Positions 7,630 to 17,112 of a DNA stretch of 64,000 bases are shown piece by piece. The stretch's first letter is position 1; each line of letters starts with the position of its first letter. Below the pieces are notes generated by a model. It was given only the letters and a program-made list of their open reading frames with translations. It was not told the origin of the DNA and made no database searches. The stretch comes from a virus: positions 1 to 64,000 of the IMG/VR virus record IMGVR_UViG_3300047462_000344. One strand, given 5' to 3'. A program made the position numbers and the translations under genes.

Positions 7630-8871
7630 ATGACACACCCATCCCCCGTCGATCAGTTGCGGGGCAGTAATGCAGCCCAGGCCGTCGCGGTGCGCAGCAC
7701 CGAATTGGTGGATTACATCAAGTCGGGCGCGACGCAGGATATGATCCGCCGGGTCGCCGGCGACACCCTCTCCCCCGAGCGGGTCACCTCCCTTGTCATC
7801 TCATCGATCAAAAAAACGCCGCTGCTGGCGCGCTGCACCCCGAAAAGCGTGCTGGGCTCGCTGCTCACCTCGGTTTCGTTGGGCGTGGAACCGAACACGG
7901 TGGCACAGCAGGCCTTCCTCATCCCCTACAAGACGCGCGCCAGGATCGACGGGAAGTGGCAGGATATCTATGAATGCCAGTTCCAGATCGGCAACCGCGG
8001 CTTCATCACCCTGGCCTATCGATCCAAGTTCGTGAAATCATTGAAGGCCGAGGCGGTCCGGCTTGCCGACATATTCGATTACGAGGAGGGGACGAGCGGC
8101 TTCCTCAAATACAAGAAGGATTTGAAGGAGAGCCGGGAGACCCCGATCTTTGCGGGCTTCTGCTTCACCCGCCTCGTCGATGACTTCGACGCCTTCACCG
8201 TGCTGCCGCTGCACGAAATCCACAAGATACGCAACAAATCGCAGACATTCCGGTTCCTCTACGATGCACTGGAGCAGGCCAAGGCATCGGGTAACCAGAA
8301 GGACATTGCGACGGCACAGCGCAAATTCGACGGCACACCTTGGGTGGAATGGGAGGGGGAGATGGTGGCGAAGACCCTGATCAAACGCCACCTCAAACAG
8401 CTCCCCGTGTTCGAGCAGTTGCGCCTCCTCACCACAGCAGCAGCCATCGACGACGGCGCCGATGCCGGCATCATCGACATGGCCAGCTTCGCGTCGGTCG
8501 ATGCCGTCCAGGATGTCGTCAGGGGGGGCGCCCCGCCGGAATACCGCGACCCCTACGCCGGCATGCCAGACGACGACTATGGCGAGGGAGAGGAGGAAAC
8601 TTCGGACGCGCCACCCCCGCCCAAAACCGCCAAACCGGCCGCCGTCACACATGAGCAGACCGTGCAGGTCGATCTTGGCCTGGACAAGACGGTGCCCGAG
8701 AAAGAGCCGGTGCAGGTCGAGGCGCAGCGCACCGCGCCACCGCCTCCCCGCACCTCCAAGGCACCGCCGGCACAGCAGCCGGTCCGCACCGCGCCACCAC
8801 CACGCCAGGCCGAACCTAACCCGCCGGCCGACGAAGCCGATTATGGCGGCGGTTTCGGATCAATGGAGTAG
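7630..8871 (+). CDS. recT: RecT-family single-strand annealing protein with a Pro-rich C-terminal tail
   Basis: 413 aa. VAQQAFLIPYKTR...YECQFQIGNRGFITLAYRS core. The last ~100 aa are PPPP/APPP-rich. Confidence 0.8.
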   Translation: MTHPSPVDQLRGSNAAQAVAVRSTELVDYIKSGATQDMIRRVAGDTLSPERVTSLVISSIKKTPLLARCTPKSVLGSLLTSVSLGVEPNTVAQQAFLIPYKTRARIDGKWQDIYECQFQIGNRGFITLAYRSKFVKSLKAEAVRLADIFDYEEGTSGFLKYKKDLKESRETPIFAGFCFTRLVDDFDAFTVLPLHEIHKIRNKSQTFRFLYDALEQAKASGNQKDIATAQRKFDGTPWVEWEGEMVAKTLIKRHLKQLPVFEQLRLLTTAAAIDDGADAGIIDMASFASVDAVQDVVRGGAPPEYRDPYAGMPDDDYGEGEEETSDAPPPPKTAKPAAVTHEQTVQVDLGLDKTVPEKEPVQVEAQRTAPPPPRTSKAPPAQQPVRTAPPPRQAEPNPPADEADYGGGFGSME

Positions 8872-8876
8872 ATGAG

Positions 8877-10679
8877 ATGCGCCTGACCCGGATTGAGGCA
8901 GAAAACTGGCTGGCCCACCGCTACTTCAACTCGCCCATCACCCCACTCACCATGATCGTTGGCCCGAACGGGAGCGGCAAATCATCGATCCGGGACGCGA
9001 TCGGATTCGGTATGCTGGGCGAACTGACCCGGGTGGAGGCGAAGGGTGACCGCGTCGCACTGATCACAGACGGCGCCGCCTCAGGCAAGGTCTCTCTGTC
9101 ATTCGGCGATGCCGTGATGAGCCGCGACGTGAAAACCGGCAAACTGGCCGGCCCGGCGGACTGGGGCTTGCCTGGGGGCGCCCACCCTGCCACCCTACCC
9201 CTCCTCCTCCAACCCGCGACATTCGCCGCCCTGGACAGCGAAGGGCGGCGCACCGCCTTGATGGGGGCTATGAATGTGTCCGTCTCCCTGGAGAGAATTG
9301 TCGATGAACTGAAACGCCGCGACTTCCCCGTCAAAATCATGCCGGGGGAGGATTTCCCCTTCACCAGAACAGTCGAGGAGTGGTGCGCCAAGGCGGCGAC
9401 CAAAGCGACTGAGGCGCGCGGGGCGTGGAAGCAGATCACCGGCGAGACCTACGGCGCGAAGAAGGCGGAGGGCTGGTCGCACCCCGACATGGTTGCCACC
9501 GGAACCGCGCCGGCGGGATCGATTGACGATGCCCGGGCCGAGATTGCGGCCTGCGAACGTGACATTGAGGCGCACCAGCGCGATTTGGGCCGCATCGAAG
9601 GCGCGGAGCGGTCGCAGGGCAGCGCCGCGACCCGTGCCGCCCTATCGCAGGAGGCGGGGCACCTCCAGGCCGCGGCAGAGACATTGGCGGCCGTGGACGC
9701 CGATATCGCCGACGCGAAAAACCGCCTCCTCCTCGCCCAGAACGAGCAGCAGGAATTGCTGGACGCGCTGGAGGCGTCGCGCGCACCCCGCCGGCCGCCC
9801 GAATTGATGTGCCCCCATTGTGGGGCGGCATCCGTCCTCGTCGCCGGCAAACCGGCCATGCCGGAGACGCAGGGTGTGCTACCCGAACCCCCAGACCCAA
9901 AAGTGTTGGAGGAGGCGGCAAGTGTCGTCGCGGCGCATGTCCTGCTGGTCAATAAGGCGGAGAGCCGCCGCGCAGCGCCGGCCGCCGCACTGCGCAGTGC
10001 CGAACAGGCCAGGGACGCCCTGGCCAAGCTGGACCGCACCGGACCAGCCGACGCAGCCGAGGCGGACGACCTGCCCGTGCGCCGCGACGTGGAGGCGCAA
10101 CTCGAATTGACCCGCACCCATCTCGCGGGCTGGCGCGACGAACTGGCCCGCCTGCTCCGCGGGAAGGAGCGGTCAGAAAAAGCGGAATCGGCGACGGCCG
10201 CGGCGGCGAAGCAGCATACCTCGGTGCAGAATTGGGTGAAGCTGGCCGACCTGCTCGCCCCATCCGGGATCCCGTCGGAGATGCTCAACGCCGCGATCGG
10301 CCCGTTCAACGCGTCCGCGGCCCGCATCGCGGCGGCCCTGCGTTTCGGCACGCCGGTCGTCGGGCCCGACATGGCGATCACGATGGACGGCCGCGCGTAT
10401 GGCTTGTGCAGCGAGTCCGAACAGTGGCGCGCCGATGCCGTGCTGGCCCTGGCCCTGGCCGAGCATTCCAGGATGCGCATCGTCGCGCTGGACCGGTTCG
10501 ATGTACTCGACCTGCCCAGCAAGGAAGCCGCGATCAGTGGGCTGTACGGCCTGGTGAAGCGGGGCGATGCGGCGGACACCATCATCGTGCTGGGCACCAT
10601 GAAAGCCGCCCCGCCGGCGCCGCGCGACGTCATGGTGGTCTGGACCGGGCCGACCCTGGCAGCTAAGGCGGCGGCATGA
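8877..10679 (+). CDS. SMC/Rad50/SbcC-like ATPase
   Basis: 600 aa. N-terminal Walker A GPNGSGKSS. Long Ala/Glu/Arg coiled-coil with a central CPHCG hook-like motif. C-terminal RIVALDRFDVLD Walker B. Confidence 0.75.
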   Translation: MRLTRIEAENWLAHRYFNSPITPLTMIVGPNGSGKSSIRDAIGFGMLGELTRVEAKGDRVALITDGAASGKVSLSFGDAVMSRDVKTGKLAGPADWGLPGGAHPATLPLLLQPATFAALDSEGRRTALMGAMNVSVSLERIVDELKRRDFPVKIMPGEDFPFTRTVEEWCAKAATKATEARGAWKQITGETYGAKKAEGWSHPDMVATGTAPAGSIDDARAEIAACERDIEAHQRDLGRIEGAERSQGSAATRAALSQEAGHLQAAAETLAAVDADIADAKNRLLLAQNEQQELLDALEASRAPRRPPELMCPHCGAASVLVAGKPAMPETQGVLPEPPDPKVLEEAASVVAAHVLLVNKAESRRAAPAAALRSAEQARDALAKLDRTGPADAAEADDLPVRRDVEAQLELTRTHLAGWRDELARLLRGKERSEKAESATAAAAKQHTSVQNWVKLADLLAPSGIPSEMLNAAIGPFNASAARIAAALRFGTPVVGPDMAITMDGRAYGLCSESEQWRADAVLALALAEHSRMRIVALDRFDVLDLPSKEAAISGLYGLVKRGDAADTIIVLGTMKAAPPAPRDVMVVWTGPTLAAKAAA

Positions 10680-10783
10680 GTTACGCCCCCGTCCCCATGC
10701 TGCGCGAGCAACTCGCCGCGGCGCGCATGGCCCTGCTCCGCGCCGCGCTGGAAGCGGCCGTAATGGCAGTGGCTGATACATGA
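10676..10783 (+). CDS. 35-codon micro-ORF coupled on both sides
   Basis: ATG 10676 overlaps the TGA of the ATPase gene (ATGA). Its TGA (10781-10783) overlaps ATG 10780 of the next gene (ATGA). Product MSYAPVPMLREQLAAARMALLRAALEAAVMAVADT. Below the ORF-track cutoff. Confidence 0.35.
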   Translation: MSYAPVPMLREQLAAARMALLRAALEAAVMAVADT

Positions 10784-11055
10784 TCCGCTGTTGTGCGAGC
10801 TGCGTTCACTGGAAGCGGGGTAGGTTGAAGCCGGTTGCGGGCAGTGGCGGCCATACATGGAACAGCCAGGACGAATTCGGCGACTGCAAGATCGACGGGC
10901 CGCGCCAGCCCGGGCAGCCCTCAATCGGTTTCTTTCCTCGCATCCACGAAAGCGATGATTGCTCCCGCTGGACCGATATTCCGCCTCAGAACTGGCGCGT
11001 CACCAATGCCGGAGCGACAACATCACCTCATCCCGCTCCGCCGGCGCCCGAATAA
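10780..11055 (+). CDS. Small Cys-rich hypothetical protein
   Basis: 91 aa, MIRCCASCVHWKRGRLKPV...DDCSRW.... Last gene of the rightward block. Its 3' end overlaps the convergent gene by 56 nt. Confidence 0.45.
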   Translation: MIRCCASCVHWKRGRLKPVAGSGGHTWNSQDEFGDCKIDGPRQPGQPSIGFFPRIHESDDCSRWTDIPPQNWRVTNAGATTSPHPAPPAPE

Positions 11056-11269
11056 TAAACGGCACATCCCTGGCATTAGCGGAGTCCTCTATGCCGCGTA
11101 GTTGGTTGGGCCGGCCGCACACATCTTCGATCGACCGGCGCGGCGTGGGCGGCACAAGAGCAGCCCCCGAAAACAGATTGCACACCCCAATAATAAGAAC
11201 CGCCGGCGTCAACCACGCTGCCCATGCGCGCTTCGACCAGTCATGCCGCAGGCTTTGGAACACGGTCAT
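11000..11269 (-). CDS. Small membrane-anchored protein, last gene of the late block
   Basis: ATG 11269 in an ATGA overlap with the upstream stop. MTVFQSLRHDWSKRAWAAWLTPAVLIIGVCNLFSG... has one N-terminal hydrophobic segment. Confidence 0.45.
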   Translation of the reverse strand: MTVFQSLRHDWSKRAWAAWLTPAVLIIGVCNLFSGAALVPPTPRRSIEDVCGRPNQLRGIEDSANARDVPFIIRAPAERDEVMLSLRHW

Positions 11270-11712
11270 TTCATGAAGACTCCTATACGAGACAATAATC
11301 CGCCCAACCAGTCGCCGATTGGTTTCGCCACCTGTTCGGCCGCCCACGCCGCCGCACCAAGCACAAGTCCCCCGCCCAACCTTATCGCCATAGCACGGCG
11401 GTGACCACGTCGTGTAGCCGCTGCACGCTGGTCAGCCCGCTGTTGATCGACCCAGTCCCGCCGGTCCTTCGTCTCCGCATCGAGGTCGAGCTCCGCCCCA
11501 CCCCGCGCCACAATATCCTTGAGCCTGGTCACATCGGCCCAATCGGGGTCGAGTTGGTTCGGCGGATCGCCGGTGACGAACCGCCAAGCCGCGCGCAGGA
11601 ATTGGAGCCTGCCGCGCAGGAACGCAACCTTCTCCTCCAGGTCTAGCGCGGCGTATTCCGCCTCGCTCGGCTCATGATCGTGGTGGGGCACATCGTCGGG
11701 CGGGGGCGGCAC
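11266..11712 (-). CDS. Hypothetical protein with a C-terminal hydrophobic segment
   Basis: Frame open from the fibre stop. The first plausible start is GTG 11712. Coiled-coil-like middle region and GGGLVLGAAAWAAEQV near the C-terminus. Confidence 0.4.
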   Translation of the reverse strand: MPPPPDDVPHHDHEPSEAEYAALDLEEKVAFLRGRLQFLRAAWRFVTGDPPNQLDPDWADVTRLKDIVARGGAELDLDAETKDRRDWVDQQRADQRAAATRRGHRRAMAIRLGGGLVLGAAAWAAEQVAKPIGDWLGGLLSRIGVFMK

Positions 11713-11720
11713 AACGCGCC

Positions 11721-12605
11721 TCAGTAGCCGATGACGAAGTAATGGCCGGTCGCGGAGCCGCGGGGCTGGAGGCTGGTTGCTCCGAACAACGTAATATTTT
11801 GTTCCAGTTGGCAGCAAACCGTGATTTCAGAACCACTCACAAAATAAATCCCGTACGGGTAGCCCTGAGTGCCCCCATCAGTGACAAGCCCGGTCAGCAT
11901 GCCGTTGGGGAATGACGCATCCATATTGATCGTGACGGTTTCCTGTGACGAGGAGAGCGTGACGGACCCGAAGCACAGGATCAGTCCGCCGGGCAGGATG
12001 ATATGCCCGGGGTTTGCTTGGTTCTGCGCTGGGGTAAGTTCAGGTCCCATGACGCCATCTATCGCGAGATATGTTTGCCGGCTCCCCTGGGGGGATGTCG
12101 GCAACGCACCGGACTGGCCAGTCGTGGACAGGAACACGTTATGCGCGCCCGTCGTGTTGTTGATGATGACCCACCGGCCATTGATGACAGGAAACATCAC
12201 CGTAATGTCGCCTGTGATCGCGCCCTGCAGGACAAGCACGCCAAAGCCATACTGCGCCGCGCTCAGCGTCGTGGTGCCGCTCGCATTGACATTGACATGT
12301 ACCCCAGCCGTCAGGGCGCCAATCACCCATTCCGTGTTCGCGATGAGCGTGGATCGATCGCCATAAGGTGCATCAGGCACCTCAGGCGAGCCGGTGAACA
12401 CCGGAGACGCGATCGGCGCCAAGCCGGCGATATCCATGGTCAGGGCCGCGATTTGCGCCTTGAGCCAGTTGGTGCGGTCGGCCAGCGCCTGCGCTTGTAG
12501 ATTCGCGATGCCGATGCCAGCGCCCGAATTACCCTGGACCGGGTCGGTCGCCTGAATCAGATAGACGCCAGCGTCGTAATTTTCTACCTCGGTAATGTAT
12601 GCCAT
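11721..12605 (-). CDS. Tail fibre protein
   Basis: 294 aa. GIANLQAQALADRTNWLKAQIAAL and SPVFTGSPEVPDAPYGDRSTLIANTEWV motifs are typical of phage fibres. GAGGA SD. Confidence 0.75.
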   Translation of the reverse strand: MAYITEVENYDAGVYLIQATDPVQGNSGAGIGIANLQAQALADRTNWLKAQIAALTMDIAGLAPIASPVFTGSPEVPDAPYGDRSTLIANTEWVIGALTAGVHVNVNASGTTTLSAAQYGFGVLVLQGAITGDITVMFPVINGRWVIINNTTGAHNVFLSTTGQSGALPTSPQGSRQTYLAIDGVMGPELTPAQNQANPGHIILPGGLILCFGSVTLSSSQETVTINMDASFPNGMLTGLVTDGGTQGYPYGIYFVSGSEITVCCQLEQNITLFGATSLQPRGSATGHYFVIGY

Positions 12606-12612
12606 GTCATCC

Positions 12613-13053
12613 TCAGAACGATATGGTCCATGTCCCGGCGAGGGAGATGGCGGAGGTTTTCGGGATGGGTTGCAGCGCGACCTTGCGTGCCACCAGGGTC
12701 GGGGTGGCGTTGAGCAGCCCGAACTCGGCGATCAGCATGCCGTTGGCCTGCGAGGTGCTGATCGAAAACGGGAATTGCACGGACAGCCCATCTGGATAGA
12801 CCGGCGTTCCGACGGTGACATAGAACGGGCTGGTCAGGACGGTGTCCGTGACCTGAGGTGGCGTGCCATTGGTGCCCAACCCGAACTGGTTTACCGCCGA
12901 GGATGTGCCGCCGAGCAGCGCCGAGCAGACATGCCGGCCGCTGGTCAGCCACAGATTATCCTCGGCAATCGTCCGGATCAGCCGGCCATGCCGACGCACC
13001 TCCAGCCGGAAAAATCCGCGCGGCCCAGGCCCAACGTGATCATGCAGCTTCAT
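12613..13053 (-). CDS. Tail/baseplate-associated hypothetical protein
   Basis: 146 aa. Preceded by a late box at fixed spacing. Lies between the baseplate and fibre genes. Confidence 0.6.
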   Translation of the reverse strand: MKLHDHVGPGPRGFFRLEVRRHGRLIRTIAEDNLWLTSGRHVCSALLGGTSSAVNQFGLGTNGTPPQVTDTVLTSPFYVTVGTPVYPDGLSVQFPFSISTSQANGMLIAEFGLLNATPTLVARKVALQPIPKTSAISLAGTWTISF

Positions 13054-13062
13054 GCCGCTACG

Positions 13063-13075
13063 ATGCCGTCACGAC
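13063..13075 (-). promoter_or_regulatory. Late box copy (GTCGTGACGSCAT)
   Basis: Minus strand GTCGTGACGGCAT + CGTAGCGGC + ATG(13053). Starts 2 nt after the upstream TAG. Confidence 0.55.
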
Positions 13076-13077
13076 CC

Positions 13078-14085
13078 CTAGTCGAGTTGCCCGTCCAACG
13101 CCCCCGTCAGCACCAAGCCGCCTGCATAGATAGGCGTTCCATCATAGTTGTATGTTCCACCGTAGGTATAGGTGCAGGTCAGAGCCAGGGTCGATTCGGC
13201 GTCGCTGGCCACGCTGGCCTGGTCCTCCAGCGCCGAGAACGGCGCGATGATCAGGTTGCGGAGAAAGCACCCCGCGGACCGCATCTTGTTAATAATGGAC
13301 GTGACGATTGCGGTCAGATTGGTGATATCCTGCGTCTGGAGCAGGTCGTAGCCCGTCGTAACATCGAATAGATTATACTCTACTGTGCCGGTCGCATTGT
13401 ATTCATGCGTACCGTCAAAATTGATCCCGCTATTATACAGCGGCGTGAACCCGTTATACTGCACAACGTCATTAACTTGTGCGGCCTGCCCCGTGTAAGC
13501 CTTGATCGCCTCCGCGATCGCGATGTTGTTCGATTTCGGCCGCAGCGTCTCAATGATGATGCGGGGGCCATATTGCGCATCCGCCTCCCCGCTCGCCCGC
13601 GGCACGTCATAGACATTCCCGATGAAATCCAGCCACGATCCGTCCGCAGTCGTCGTACTCATCTCCGCCGGCATGAGCGGGATTTGGTTCGCCGCGATTT
13701 GGAGTTGCTCCGCCCACGCCTCCAACCTGGCCCAGTTCACCGAGGTATAGGCATAGACATGGTCGCCATTGCTGGCCAGCATCTCGCCACTCGCTTCGAT
13801 CAGCACCAGGGCGGACAGGTTTTTCGATGCCTGATAGTTGCCGTATGGCACCGAATAGCCGGGCTGATCGACCAGGTAGGTGACCAGCCCCCACAGTGTA
13901 TAGGCGGAGAGATCGATCGTCAGTGGCGCGGCCGTGCCGCCGACCGGGGACGTGGTCAGCACCCCGTCGGTGACCTGCCACGTCATGTCGGACCCGTCGC
14001 AGCGCAGCCGGAACGCGAGGAAGGGCAGCGGATCGCGCGAGAAGACCCGGTAGATTTTGGCGAAGAGGCGAGCGGTCAGTTTCAT
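13078..14085 (-). CDS. Baseplate wedge/tail protein (unknown subtype)
   Basis: 335 aa. ATGA overlap with the upstream baseplate J gene. Confidence 0.65.
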   Translation of the reverse strand: MKLTARLFAKIYRVFSRDPLPFLAFRLRCDGSDMTWQVTDGVLTTSPVGGTAAPLTIDLSAYTLWGLVTYLVDQPGYSVPYGNYQASKNLSALVLIEASGEMLASNGDHVYAYTSVNWARLEAWAEQLQIAANQIPLMPAEMSTTTADGSWLDFIGNVYDVPRASGEADAQYGPRIIIETLRPKSNNIAIAEAIKAYTGQAAQVNDVVQYNGFTPLYNSGINFDGTHEYNATGTVEYNLFDVTTGYDLLQTQDITNLTAIVTSIINKMRSAGCFLRNLIIAPFSALEDQASVASDAESTLALTCTYTYGGTYNYDGTPIYAGGLVLTGALDGQLD

Positions 14086-15251
14086 GTTATGGCGAACGTC
14101 CCCGGCGTCAGTTTCACGCCTGTCGCCGGCACCACATTGCTGGACGGCACAAGGCTACCGATCGGCACATCGATCACACCAGGCACGGACATGGCCAGTG
14201 CGATCGCTTCCGCGACGACATAGCCCGGGCTACCCTGTTGCGCCCCACCAATGGCCGAATCGGTGATGTAGCTGGTCAGCAGGGCCTGGACCTGAGCCTC
14301 CGCCAACGCGATTTGCCCGGCATCGAAACTGGGATCGAGGGTCAGCACCATGGTGACATTCACGGCCTGTAGGGTCACCGCATAGACCGTCGCCGCTGTG
14401 CCAGCCGCCTTATAGCCATAAACCGGGGTGCCGTCAGTGTCGTAGTAGCCATTGATGATTTGCTGGCAATTCGCGATGAGTTGCGACGATGCGCCCGACG
14501 TGCCGTTATAGATGTAGATTTGGATGATGCCGACGGGCTGGCTATGATCGTTGTAGTATGGCTCATAAACCGCGACCAGCGGCACATTGTTCTGGTCGAG
14601 CGCCACCGATTCGATCACATTCCCGTTCGCATCCAGCACGGTCGCCGTCGATGCGCCGTAAGCGATGCCGGCGAGGGGCGACCGGGCCAGGGTGGAAATG
14701 AAGGACTGGAACCTGGAGAGCCGCTGCGCCTCGGTTTCAGCATTGGTGCCAGACGCGATCCCCGCCGCCGTGACCGCGCTGACATAGCCAAGCGGCAGCG
14801 GCGCCATGGTGAAGGCCGTCCCGGCCGGCTGATTCCCGGTCGATCCAACCACAGTGCAGATGACCGGGACGGACGCGGTAGTGCTGCCCGCGGGGATCGT
14901 GACCAACGCGGTCGAAACGTATTGCAGCCCCCCGATCGGCGCGGTGAAGGTGGCTCCCACCGCAATGGTGACGGCGGTTGACTGGACCGTGATACTGATC
15001 TGGATAAAGCCGCTTGCATAAGTGGCGGGGAGCAGGCTGAAATTGAATGACAGAAAAGTCGCGATCGGGATGGCGTCCTGCAACGCCTGGACCATAGCCA
15101 GATAAAGCGCGTCGATTTCTTGCGCCGGCGCTTCGATCATGGTGCGCGCCACCGAACCAACTGTGTAATCGGTGATCACCGTCGTCGTAGCGCGCATCCG
15201 ATTGATCATCGACGCCACGATCGTGAGAAATGATTTTATCTGGAAAGCCAC
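14082..15251 (-). CDS. Baseplate J-like protein
   Basis: 389 aa. N-terminal ITDYTVGSVARTMIEAPAQEIDALYLAMVQAL pattern of the gpJ/gp47 family. GTG start with AGGAG SD. Confidence 0.75.
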   Translation of the reverse strand: MAFQIKSFLTIVASMINRMRATTTVITDYTVGSVARTMIEAPAQEIDALYLAMVQALQDAIPIATFLSFNFSLLPATYASGFIQISITVQSTAVTIAVGATFTAPIGGLQYVSTALVTIPAGSTTASVPVICTVVGSTGNQPAGTAFTMAPLPLGYVSAVTAAGIASGTNAETEAQRLSRFQSFISTLARSPLAGIAYGASTATVLDANGNVIESVALDQNNVPLVAVYEPYYNDHSQPVGIIQIYIYNGTSGASSQLIANCQQIINGYYDTDGTPVYGYKAAGTAATVYAVTLQAVNVTMVLTLDPSFDAGQIALAEAQVQALLTSYITDSAIGGAQQGSPGYVVAEAIALAMSVPGVIDVPIGSLVPSSNVVPATGVKLTPGTFAIT

Positions 15252-15260
15252 GTCGCGCTC

Positions 15261-15899
15261 CTAGTAGGGCTGGGCATTGATGGCGCCGGTCGGCAGCGGC
15301 TTGCCGTCCACCGTGACGGCCGTGGCGGCGCACTGAATCTGGTCGCCGGTCACCGTCCCCGTCGCGCTTGCCACCGAGGCAATACGCGGGTCGCCGAGGA
15401 GTGCGGATTTGAAGAATGTAACAGCTTTTTGATTGGCGATCGGCCCGTTCGATTCGCCGCGCAAACTATCCAACCCGCAGCCATATTCGGGGTGATAGGA
15501 GAGTTGGGCCAGCGGGGTCTGCACCCGATTGACCAGCGCCTGTTTCAGGTTCGGCACGCCAGCCACGGTCAGATCATCGCCGCCCGGGCCAGCCGTGATT
15601 TGGCCGTTGGTCAGGGCGATGTCCGTGCCAAACAAGGTGTCGGCATCAGCAACGGCCGCCGCCGGAGCGGCCGAGCCTGGCACCTTGATCGTGCCGCCGG
15701 CGAGGAAAACGGTGGCCGATTCCTGGGCGGGGTCGGACGTGATATAGGGATAGGTCAGGCCGTTGATGCCAACGATATCGACCCAACGCGACGCATCGCC
15801 CAATTCCCGGTTCGCGATCGTTTCCAGATCGTCCGTGGTATAAGTTTCCACATACCGGAAGCTGGAGAGAACCGAGGTGAAATTGTTCGACCCGCTCAT
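15261..15899 (-). CDS. Baseplate protein: LysM-like N-terminus fused to a gp25/GpW-like domain
   Basis: 212 aa. DLETIANRELGDASRWVDIVGINGL is LysM-like. ...LSYHPEYGCGLDSLRGE is gp25/W-like. Confidence 0.65.
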   Translation of the reverse strand: MSGSNNFTSVLSSFRYVETYTTDDLETIANRELGDASRWVDIVGINGLTYPYITSDPAQESATVFLAGGTIKVPGSAAPAAAVADADTLFGTDIALTNGQITAGPGGDDLTVAGVPNLKQALVNRVQTPLAQLSYHPEYGCGLDSLRGESNGPIANQKAVTFFKSALLGDPRIASVASATGTVTGDQIQCAATAVTVDGKPLPTGAINAQPY

Positions 15900-17071
15900 G
15901 CCGCGGCATCCACCAGGTCGAGCGCGTCGCCGTTGATGGTTACCCCGGAACCGATGGCGCCGAGCAGCGGGCCGACCTGATCGGGGTTATTGGCAAAATC
16001 CAACGGGTCACCCGACAAGGTCTGCATTGCGGCAAGCGCGGCGGGCGACACGCTGACCTGCGATGTGTTGAACGGCACCACGTCATTCCACGGGTTTTCG
16101 CTATCGACCACATATTGCGATGGATCACCGCCGCCACTGAATTGGCTGCCGCCGCCCGCGCCGGCCAGGGCCGCGTATGTCGGGTATGTGACCTGGACGT
16201 TGAAGGCGTTGCTGATCGTGGCATAGGCATCGTTCCAGTCCGATGCCGCCTGCATCAGCGGGGCGCGGGTCAGAATTGCCATCGCATCATTCGCGGCCAG
16301 GGCGGCAAACCCATTTGCAGCCGCCTTGGCCACGGCGCTCCCCACGGACAGCACGGCGGATTCCGCCTGAGTGAAGTCACCTTTCAGGCTATTCGCCAGA
16401 CTGCCAACAGCACCAAGCACGCCCGCCCCGGTTTTGATCAGCGACCCGACTTGCCCAGCGATGCTGCCCACCGATTTTGCCACGGCCGCCGCCCCAGATG
16501 TGATCGAGGCTGTGGTGTTGGCGAGGGCGGACACACCAGACTGCCATTTCTGCGGATTACCCAGGGCGGATGTGACGGGGTCGCTGCCACTCGTCGGCGC
16601 GGCGGCTTGGTTCAGCACGATGAGCTGCGTCTGATATTTCATGAGCAGGGGCTGCTGCTTGTTCCGACGCAGCGTGAAGTTCATTGGCGCGACGACCAGG
16701 CTCAGCCCGTCCAGCGCGTCATGATAGGTCAGGGTAATCGTGGCGGGGTCGATGCCGTTATTCACCGCGGCCTGAACCCGATCGTTCCATCCCTGGTAAA
16801 TCGTGGCGCGCAGCGCGGCAAAAGCCGCCTCGCCTGACAGACCATGGCCACCCCGCCAACCCAGATGGCCGGCCAGGGTCAAAGTCGCCACACCCTCCCC
16901 GAAACAGTCAGCCCAGGCCCCGCCCAGCGTTTGCTGCACGGTAAGCCGGGTCGGTTCGGAGTAGGTCAGGTCCTCGGGGCGGATCGTAAGATCGAGCGAG
17001 ACGTCCGCGTCGCCGCCCCCAGACAGCACGAACCCGATCGCGCGGTGCTTTTGGGACGGAGGATGCGCCAT
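15896..17071 (-). CDS. Tail/baseplate hub-associated protein (function uncertain)
   Basis: 391 aa. Late box at fixed spacing before ATG 17071. ATGA overlap with the downstream gene. Confidence 0.6.
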   Translation of the reverse strand: MAHPPSQKHRAIGFVLSGGGDADVSLDLTIRPEDLTYSEPTRLTVQQTLGGAWADCFGEGVATLTLAGHLGWRGGHGLSGEAAFAALRATIYQGWNDRVQAAVNNGIDPATITLTYHDALDGLSLVVAPMNFTLRRNKQQPLLMKYQTQLIVLNQAAAPTSGSDPVTSALGNPQKWQSGVSALANTTASITSGAAAVAKSVGSIAGQVGSLIKTGAGVLGAVGSLANSLKGDFTQAESAVLSVGSAVAKAAANGFAALAANDAMAILTRAPLMQAASDWNDAYATISNAFNVQVTYPTYAALAGAGGGSQFSGGGDPSQYVVDSENPWNDVVPFNTSQVSVSPAALAAMQTLSGDPLDFANNPDQVGPLLGAIGSGVTINGDALDLVDAAA

Positions 17072-17080
17072 GCCACCAAC

Positions 17081-17093
17081 ATGGCGTCACGAC
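17081..17093 (-). promoter_or_regulatory. Late box copy
   Basis: Minus strand GTCGTGACGCCAT + GTTGGTGGC + ATG(17071). Confidence 0.55.
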
Positions 17094-17112
17094 CCAAGTT
17101 CAGGTTGCTGGG

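Noticed and set aside
9449-10924. 491-aa minus-strand ORF opposite the SMC-like ATPase. The same applies to the other long shadow ORFs: 1884..2786(+), 5598..6587(+), 22656..23858(+), 25696..27174(+), 53814..55046(+), 55074..56657(+) and 61347..63230(+).
   Set aside because: All lie antisense to, or out of frame with, genes that carry clear motifs or operon coupling. Their compositions (Arg/Ala/Gly/Pro/Ser runs) are typical of non-coding frames in GC-rich sequence.
11000-11269. Small membrane protein as an o-spanin lipoprotein
   Set aside because: The candidate lipobox (LIIGVC) has Val at -1 and fits the consensus poorly. The upstream partner has a C-terminal rather than N-terminal anchor, unlike i-spanins.
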